From contig JAQGDQ010002262.1 of NCBI GenBank assembly GCA_030141605.1, forward strand, positions 1 to 5,389: DNA of 5,389 nucleotides, in the 5' to 3' direction. This DNA is from Tubiluchus corallicola (Eukaryota; Animalia; Priapulida). The first letter of the stretch is position 1; each line of letters begins with the position of its first letter. Below the pieces are notes generated by a model. It was given only the letters and a program-made list of their open reading frames with translations, was not told the DNA's origin and ran no database searches. Shown here piece by piece: positions 1 through 5,389 of this stretch. The position numbers and the translations under genes are program-made.

Positions 1-161
1 TGCACACTGTGGAAATGGTAACTGTACATTTTTAGGTGCTGCCATCTATTAACTAATCCCTTTACATTTTACTAGCTAAACTCACCCCTAGTATAATTGT
101 ACGGTCCAGTGAATATGAATATGTTGAACTACAACCTCAAACATGACTTTCACACACACAC

Positions 162-827
162 CTAAGAATAATTACTTACAGTTTCTCCTGGTACGGGCAG
201 CTTGCAGTCGTACCCGTTGCTCCCACAGGGCCATAGCTTGTCCTCGAATTGGTCGCGGTAAGTACAGAGATGTTCGCAACAATCCCCGCCATCATATCTA
301 TACGTTGGTACATTACACTCGCTGTCGCACCATCCATCGCCAACCCTCGTCATGTCGCATTCAGCTGCCACACTCCTTTTGACCCTAAGTGGTCTTAAGG
401 TAGTCGGCCAGTCGATGTTGGTCTCATTGCAGCTCAGCCGATCGTATTTATCAGTGAATCTGTGGTAGACTTCTAGTGGAACTTGTGATTCTATGAGACG
501 TATGTTATTGAGTGTCAGTTCAAGCTCCGTGCAGTCTTTGGCATCGTCAATAAGTTTGTCTGCCGGGGGAAGTGCAGAAGTCACAAGGTCTGTCGGGACT
601 GGAGACTCTGTGATCGCTGAAACGTCATCTTTGGTCGCCGGCTGTTGCTCGCTGACAGAATAGATGACCTCGACCCTCAACAGGACAATGATGACGCAAC
701 CCAGGCAAGCCGTCATCACAAACGTCAGAACGCTTAGACAGACAAATGTCGACGAGCATTTCTTCGCGGGAGTTTTAACTTCTGGCACTAAATTGGAAGA
801 TTCAGAAACAGCATTAAACGGGCCCAT
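162..827 (-). CDS. Type II membrane protein (221 aa) with furin-cleavable C-terminal LNR (Lin-12/Notch repeat)-like Cys-rich domain
   Basis: Part of supplied ORF 162..965. The ATG at 827 is preferred: it has a good context (gagaacATGG), while the ATG at 965 lies in a (TA)n run. Order: short N-terminus with KK, hydrophobic segment STFVCLSVLTFVMTACLGCVIIVLL, S/T/P-rich stalk, sequon NET, RVKR (375-386), then CDMTRVGDGWCDSECNVPTYRYDGGDC, which fits the LNR pattern GDGxCDxxCNxxxCxxDGGDC, plus 4 further Cys. Confidence 0.8.
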   Translation of the reverse strand: MGPFNAVSESSNLVPEVKTPAKKCSSTFVCLSVLTFVMTACLGCVIIVLLRVEVIYSVSEQQPATKDDVSAITESPVPTDLVTSALPPADKLIDDAKDCTELELTLNNIRLIESQVPLEVYHRFTDKYDRLSCNETNIDWPTTLRPLRVKRSVAAECDMTRVGDGWCDSECNVPTYRYDGGDCCEHLCTYRDQFEDKLWPCGSNGYDCKLPVPGETVSNYS

Positions 828-1461
828 GTTCTCCGTGGAAAAATACAAAACACAAGAACTCTTCTCTAAACTTAACTGACTTTTACAATGCTTGTATATA
901 AAATGCACAGTTAAACAGAAACGGGATGCTACATGATAAACAAAGGATGTTCTGGTTGTACACATATATATATATATAATGTACCCGGATATCCTACTTA
1001 GTTGTGTCCTGATTAGTTGTTAGTTCTCACTCTGAAATACATCGTTACACAAGTCACGCATTGGATTTGAGTTTGTTTTTTGCATTTATTCCTATTTATT
1101 GCTCACGGCTATTATTTACTTTTGCTATTTACTGCTGCGTATCCTCACCTGGGGGAAAACCCACACACATTTTCGACGAAAATATTCGGTAAAATTGTAA
1201 AAAAGGTAAACAACAGCTCGCATATTTTAACTTGCTGTACTTAAAGTTATTAAGTGAACTAAATGATTAGCAATGAAATTCTTGAACTGAAACGTGGCAC
1301 CAGGCGTTGAACATTCGATGACAAGTATTTTGTTATTCACCTACAAAAAATGCTACATAGGTACAGAACTAATGATCTGTTGAAGTTGTTATTATTCGTA
1401 AAAGATGAATTTAACTATGCTGCTAACTGTAAAATATTCCAATGCATACATGACTTTATAT

Positions 1462-1465
1462 TACG
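1462..1465. repeat. Left target-site duplication TACG
   Basis: tTACG|AGTAAA; matches 4414-4417. Confidence 0.8.
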
Positions 1466-1794
1466 AGTAAAGAGAAGATGATAATTGTATGATTAGTATT
1501 AGCAGTTCAGAAATGAAACGACTCTATGAAGGGGATATGAGAGATATGTAGAAATGAAGCCATGATTTTAGGTGCGGCTGTCATGTGACTGAATTCCATA
1601 TATGGACAGCAACAATTATAACGCATGCGCTGTGAGTCCAAAAAGCTGAAGGAAGCCAAGTGGAATGGGAGATCAGATCACGGGGGAATCTCGAGGAAGC
1701 AGGAACAGATCTTGGGCGGTTCGGCAGAGCTATGATATGTACTTTACCATGTAATATATTATTGTGAAATAAATGTGTTAGTCGCTCATCAATC
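1466..1794 (+). repeat. 5' LTR, truncated (first 329 of 449 bp)
   Basis: No mismatch seen by eye against 3965-4293. Identity ends after gctcatcaatc. Confidence 0.9.
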
Positions 1795-1924
1795 GCGGTC
1801 ATCAAAAGTATAAGTGACAACCTGACATCAATAAATCATCCGTCATCCATCACGGTCATAAAAGTATAAATGACAATCTGACATCAATGAATCATCAATC
1901 ATTCAATGAATCATCAATCATTAT
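1795..1924 (+). repeat. Left arm: two ~56-bp units (TGACAAC/TCTG at 1815 and 1871) and 2 x 19-bp tcaatgaatcatcaatcat
   Basis: cggtcat(c)aaaagtataa(g/a)tgacaa(c/t)ctgacatcaat occurs twice. The 19-mer occurs at 1884-1902 and 1903-1921. Confidence 0.85.
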
Positions 1925-2398
1925 ACCATATAAATACACACGTCGTGCAAAATCAACATTATACTGTTCAACATTTCATTTCAAAATATAGGAACACAAC
2001 ATTATTGGATGCATTTCAAAATATAAGTATACAACGTTATTCGTCATTTCATAATATACATACACAATCATTCATTTGACATCCTATATAAGTACACACG
2101 GTTGTTCAATATTTCATCATTTCATCCATAATATAAGTACACAGTGTCATTCAATATCATTCATTTGACATCATATATAAATACACACGGTTATTCAATA
2201 TTATTCCTTTAACATCATATTATTCATTGAACACACAATGTTATTCATTTATTCATTGAATCTCCATGTTAAAATTGTATCAAAATGATCAAAATGTTGA
2301 ACGTTATTCTTAAAGTTCAAAATATAAGTATACAGTAATGTTGTTCATTTTTCATAAAGTTCAAAATATAAGTATACAGTAATGTTATTCATTTTTCA
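1925..2398. repeat. Degenerate AT-rich tandem array (core ATATAAGTACAC...GTTATTCA, about 9-10 units)
   Basis: The core recurs roughly every 35-55 bp. The last two units (2311-2354, 2355-2398) are 44 bp long and differ at one base. Confidence 0.8.
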
Positions 2399-3184
2399 TT
2401 CATTCTCTTCCTCTGTCTGAAAACAAGTGTTTTGATCCAAGTTGAGCTGAACAGACTTCAGTCGTGTCGCAAAAGCGATTACTGCTTGATATAAAGCCTG
2501 GAAGTTGCTTAAAGCCCCCATTTGCGAGGTGAATCTAGAAGGCCAGTGAAGTGCTATTTCACAATTAAATCGTTCTATCCACCGAGAGTGAAAATGAGCC
2601 ACTCGGTCTGGACGTTGTAAATTAAGGCAAGTTGAGTCATAGAGTAAGATGTTTGTTAAGATTTCCAACTCGTCTTGCGTTGGTCTAACTAGCATAATCG
2701 CCTGTGCAGTTCTATAAAGTTGTTGTGTAAACTCATCGAAATCACTGAGTTGATGTTGCGGCACTAATTCTTGGGCAAGCGACACGAAATTAATAAGTGT
2801 ATTTAGCCAAATTAGAATTATACTTGGAGCGCCAGATTTTAGTAGAATTTTCTGGTCTTCGACAGGTAATGTTTGTAATTCGGGTTGTTGGCATGCCTTC
2901 TGAATTGTGATTCTTACGGCGACAGGTAGAAGTTGGTTTGCCATCCGGTTAATAGATTTGACACGATAATTAAGTTTAGCTTTGAGACGATTCTGACGAG
3001 ATTTAGATGACCTCCCAAAACGAGGTGAAGTTGGCTGTAAACCAACGGCTATACATTTGTTAAATCTACAAAGTTGACAATGACGTCTAGTGTCTGGGGT
3101 AATACGACAATTTCCAACACAGCCACGTTTAGAACATACATTTTTAACGTGCTGCTTTCTGTAAAAAAAATAGCGGCACGCGAC
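2396..3184 (-). pseudogene. Divergent nuclear hormone receptor (NR1-like), 5'-truncated or lacking its first exon: P-box, second C4 zinc finger, CTE and LBD
   Basis: Manual in-frame translation upstream of the supplied ORF gives VACRYFFYRKQHVKNVCSKRGCVGNCRITPDTRRHCQLCRFNKCIAVGLQPTSPRFGRSSKSRQNRLKAKLNYRVKSINR-MANQ... This matches the NR DBD consensus (CKGFFRR...CxIxxxxRxxCQxCRFxKCLxVGM) and the RFGR box. The LBD signatures PELQTLPVEDQKILLKSG and ELEILTNILLYDS follow. The frame is open from 3205 to the TGA at 2396-2398, with no in-frame ATG before 2944. Confidence 0.88.
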
Positions 3185-3187
3185 CTG

Positions 3188-3299
3188 CAGGTTGTCATTT
3201 ATATTTTATGACGGTGACTAATGCTTCAGGTTGTCATTGATATCGTTTGATAATGATTGATGATTCAGGTTGTCAGCTGATGACTTATAGCTGATGACA
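3188..3299 (-). repeat. Right arm: three CAGGTTGTCA motifs at 39-bp spacing
   Basis: CAGGTTGTCA starts at 3188, 3227 and 3266 and is the reverse complement of the left-arm TGACAACCTG. agctgatgac is duplicated near the outer end. Confidence 0.85.
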
Positions 3300-3772
3300 T
3301 ATATATATCTATTTTGCCTTGATTTACGTAAATTTATATCCTGACTTGACTTGTATTCGGAATGGTATTTTAAATGATATCAGTTGAACTCATATAATTA
3401 CTCCTATAACTATATATCTCAATAGCATAGTTGATACGATAAAGAAAATCGATTAGGATAGTATACTGCATGATTGGACCTATACACTCGTATATTGTGC
3501 GCTTACTTATATAGTTTGCATATATATATTAGAAACTTTGATAAATGTTACACCTATGTATCAACTGTGTGTTTAATAATATTTGTATATCTCATTAGCC
3601 TAGTTATACTTACTAAGGATGATAACATGATAAGGAAAATTGCTTGCTATACTAGATTTAACCGGTATACCTCACCTGTCTATATTACTGTTATCAATGT
3701 TGTAAATGTATAGTTTAGTATAAGGACGAGCAAGCCTCGTGCCTCCATACTCACAAGGACATTCGGATTGCC

Positions 3773-3877
3773 TAGATATTTTAATTAGATATTTTAAAAT
3801 CAGATATTTTACTTAGATATTTTAACTGGATATTTTACTCACATATTTTAAAAATCAGATATCTTAAATCACATATT
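3773..3877. repeat. Short tandem repeat, 8 copies of a 13-16-bp (T/C)AGATATTTTA unit
   Basis: tagatattttaat tagatattttaaaat cagatattttact tagatattttaac tggatattttact cacatattttaaaaat cagatatcttaaat cacatatt; lies in the presumed 3' UTR, upstream of the PPT. Confidence 0.85.
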
Positions 3878-3953
3878 GGTTATGTATTTTAGACAGATGA
3901 TATAATATTAAAATTATCTAATCTGCCAGCCCCGAGGGAACTAACTTCCTTCT

Positions 3954-3964
3954 AGGAAGAGAGG
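3954..3964 (+). promoter_or_regulatory. Polypurine tract (plus-strand primer)
   Basis: AGGAAGAGAGG directly 5' of the right LTR and absent before the left LTR. Confidence 0.8.
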
Positions 3965-4413
3965 AGTAAAGAGAAGATGATAATTGTATGATTAGTATTA
4001 GCAGTTCAGAAATGAAACGACTCTATGAAGGGGATATGAGAGATATGTAGAAATGAAGCCATGATTTTAGGTGCGGCTGTCATGTGACTGAATTCCATAT
4101 ATGGACAGCAACAATTATAACGCATGCGCTGTGAGTCCAAAAAGCTGAAGGAAGCCAAGTGGAATGGGAGATCAGATCACGGGGGAATCTCGAGGAAGCA
4201 GGAACAGATCTTGGGCGGTTCGGCAGAGCTATGATATGTACTTTACCATGTAATATATTATTGTGAAATAAATGTGTTAGTCGCTCATCAATCCAGGTCT
4301 TATAGCTTTGTCACCACCTCACGTCAATAAACGGCTGCGGCCTCCTCAATAATCCACCAACAAGTACTACCACTATACGACTCAGCTCATAAACATAACA
4401 TATAAATTTTACT
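3965..4413 (+). repeat. 3' LTR, complete (449 bp)
   Basis: Begins AGTAAA directly after the PPT, ends TTTACT and is followed by the TACG duplication. AATAAA at 4267-4272 and 4326-4331. Confidence 0.85.
4267..4272 (+). terminator. Candidate polyadenylation signal in the LTR (copy at 1768-1773; second AATAAA at 4326-4331)
   Basis: AATAAA in the 3' part of the LTR, in the same orientation as the PPT. Confidence 0.5.
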
Positions 4414-4417
4414 TACG
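4414..4417. repeat. Right target-site duplication TACG
   Basis: TTTACT|TACGtac; matches 1462-1465. Confidence 0.8.
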
Positions 4418-4504
4418 TACTAAACGCTTCCAGAAGTTTCTGTTTGATATGAAATGCATCACTCTTAAATATTCGTACATTAATATTTTCTAACCGTCAT
4501 TTTC

Positions 4505-4727
4505 TACTAATGTCTAATGTAATCTTGTAGTAAAACTTCTCGGCTTATGTAGGTATAGTCAATTCTTACTATAAATGTTAGTAATGTCTAATGTAATCTT
4601 GTAGTAAAACTTGTCAGCTAGTGTAGTTATAGTCAATTCTTGCTGTAAATGTTACTAATGTCTAATATAATCTTGTAGTAAAACTTGTCAGCTTGTGTAG
4701 TTATAGTCTATTCTTACTGTAAATGTT
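4505..4727. repeat. Minisatellite, 3 x 74 bp
   Basis: Units start at 4505, 4579 and 4653 (ta(c/g)taatgtctaat(g/a)taatcttgtagtaaaactt...taaatgt) and differ by substitutions only. Confidence 0.92.
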
Positions 4728-4999
4728 TTTGTAAATAATGTATAAAGTCTGTTGTGGTGAGGATCCTAAATCATGTTGTTCAAACTGTCTGATTCAATCC
4801 TATAACAAATTATGTTTAAACTAGCTAACTGTTAGTAAGTTGCAATTCTTTCTGCAATGTATGTTTAAAAGAGACAAAGGTAATTTGAATTGGGCTAAAA
4901 TGCTTTCCTATTTCTGAAAATTATTTTAATTAACACCATATTTCCCTTTTACCTTTATTAGAACACAGTAACAGACAATGAGGTGTTGGATGCTAATTC

Positions 5000-5150
5000 G
5001 TTTACATTTGTTTACTTTAGTTTTGTTTAGTTTATTTGACACCCATAAAATTATACAATAAAGTAAATAAAAATACTAAATGTATGATAAAGAAATAGTC
5101 AAAAGGGTGGCGGAAGAGACGCACAGAGACACACTGCCTAAATGCGCCTT
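5000..5150 (-). mobile_element. Possible 3' tail of a CR1/L2-group LINE or a SINE
   Basis: The minus strand reads: GC-richer segment, T-rich stretch, then gggtgtcAAATAAActaaacaaaactaaagtaaacaaatgtaaac, i.e. AATAAA running into a degenerate (TAAAC)n tail. No RT ORF is seen and the boundaries are uncertain. Confidence 0.35.
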
Positions 5151-5389
5151 GTAATATGATTCGCAACATTTCAGAATATCCAAAATAATGTAATATTAAA
5201 CAATGTAATTTGTTTACATGTGGCTGTCATAATACAAATACGTTTGGTCTCGAAAGCTATAAAGAGTTTTTCAATCTGTGGTGTCTGCTATTCTATACGG
5301 ACCAGCCAATCTGGAGATTTTTAGCGGATAACCTAACCAATTGTGAACCTACACAGACGGAATAATATAGACAAATTACTTTAATGTAC

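Larger units (their letters stand above)
1795..3299. mobile_element. Nested cassette with inverted repetitive arms (putative non-autonomous DNA-transposon derivative) carrying a nuclear-receptor frame
   Basis: 1850-1880 matches the reverse complement of 3188-3217 at 28 of 31 positions. 1907-1924 is the exact reverse complement of 3250-3267 (18 nt). The right end ...GATGACA (3299) abuts a (TA)n run. No transposase is present, and the left terminus and TSD are not visible. Confidence 0.55.
1466..4413 (+). mobile_element. Non-autonomous, internally deleted LTR retrotransposon, probably Ty3/gypsy (errantivirus-like AGT...ACT termini)
   Basis: Direct repeats at offset 2499. Starts AGTAAA (1466) and ends TTTACT (4413), a 6-bp inverted pair. 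TACG flanks both ends, a purine tract abuts the right LTR, and AATAAA lies in the LTR on +. No gag/pol ORF is present, so the family call rests on termini and TSD length only. Confidence 0.85.

Noticed and set aside
143-382. 79-aa + strand ORF
   Set aside because: Antisense shadow of the LNR gene with no recognisable motif.
664-879. 71-aa + strand ORF
   Set aside because: Antisense to the LNR gene with no recognisable motif.
828-965. 46-aa N-terminal extension of the LNR ORF
   Set aside because: The ATG lies in a (TA)n run and the sequence looks like a UTR; ATG 827 has a better context. Not formally excluded.
1479-1790. Alternative TG...CA LTR boundaries (tgataa...tcatca)
   Set aside because: Leaves shared sequence outside both ends and gives no TSD or PBS. 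The AGTAAA/TTTACT model explains the PPT and TSD together.
1581-1820. 79-aa - strand ORF
   Set aside because: Non-ATG start, antisense within the LTR, and spans the rearrangement junction.
1925-2398. CRISPR-like repeat-spacer array
   Set aside because: The repeats are degenerate and irregular, the spacers are related to each other, the context is eukaryotic and no cas genes are present.
3277-3297. Two CTGATGA motifs suggesting a hammerhead ribozyme (Penelope/retrozyme)
   Set aside because: No properly placed GAAA core or supporting stems; they are a short duplication in the arm.
3474-3713. 79-aa hydrophobic ORF as an env remnant
   Set aside because: Non-ATG start and no env motifs; the I/L/Y richness is explained by AT-rich composition. 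An accessory-ORF role cannot be fully excluded.
3721-3775. Candidate upstream NR exon on the - strand (ECPCEYGG, GTGAGT donor)
   Set aside because: Does not fit CxxC-x13-C, and the donor would not supply an in-frame Cys before VAC.

Overview
AT-rich, eukaryote-like (probably invertebrate) DNA with a nested mobile-element structure. (1) 162-827 (-): an intronless type II membrane protein whose furin site (RVKR) would release a Cys-rich LNR (Lin-12/Notch repeat) peptide. (2) 1466-4413 (+): a recently inserted, non-autonomous LTR element with AGTAAA...TTTACT termini, a 4-bp TACG target-site duplication and a polypurine tract. Its 3' LTR is complete (449 bp). Its 5' LTR is identical by eye but stops after 329 bp, and no PBS, gag or pol is visible. 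(3) 1795-3299: in place of the retroelement interior there is a cassette bounded by inverted, internally repetitive arms (TGACAACCTG motif). It carries an AT-rich repeat array and an uninterrupted, intronless, very divergent nuclear-receptor frame on the - strand. That frame extends 80 codons upstream of the supplied ORF and adds the P-box, second C4 zinc finger and RFGR box; it breaks off in zinc finger 1 at the right arm. (4) Right flank: a 3 x 74-bp minisatellite and a possible LINE/SINE 3' tail. All comparisons were made by eye; no database searches were run.
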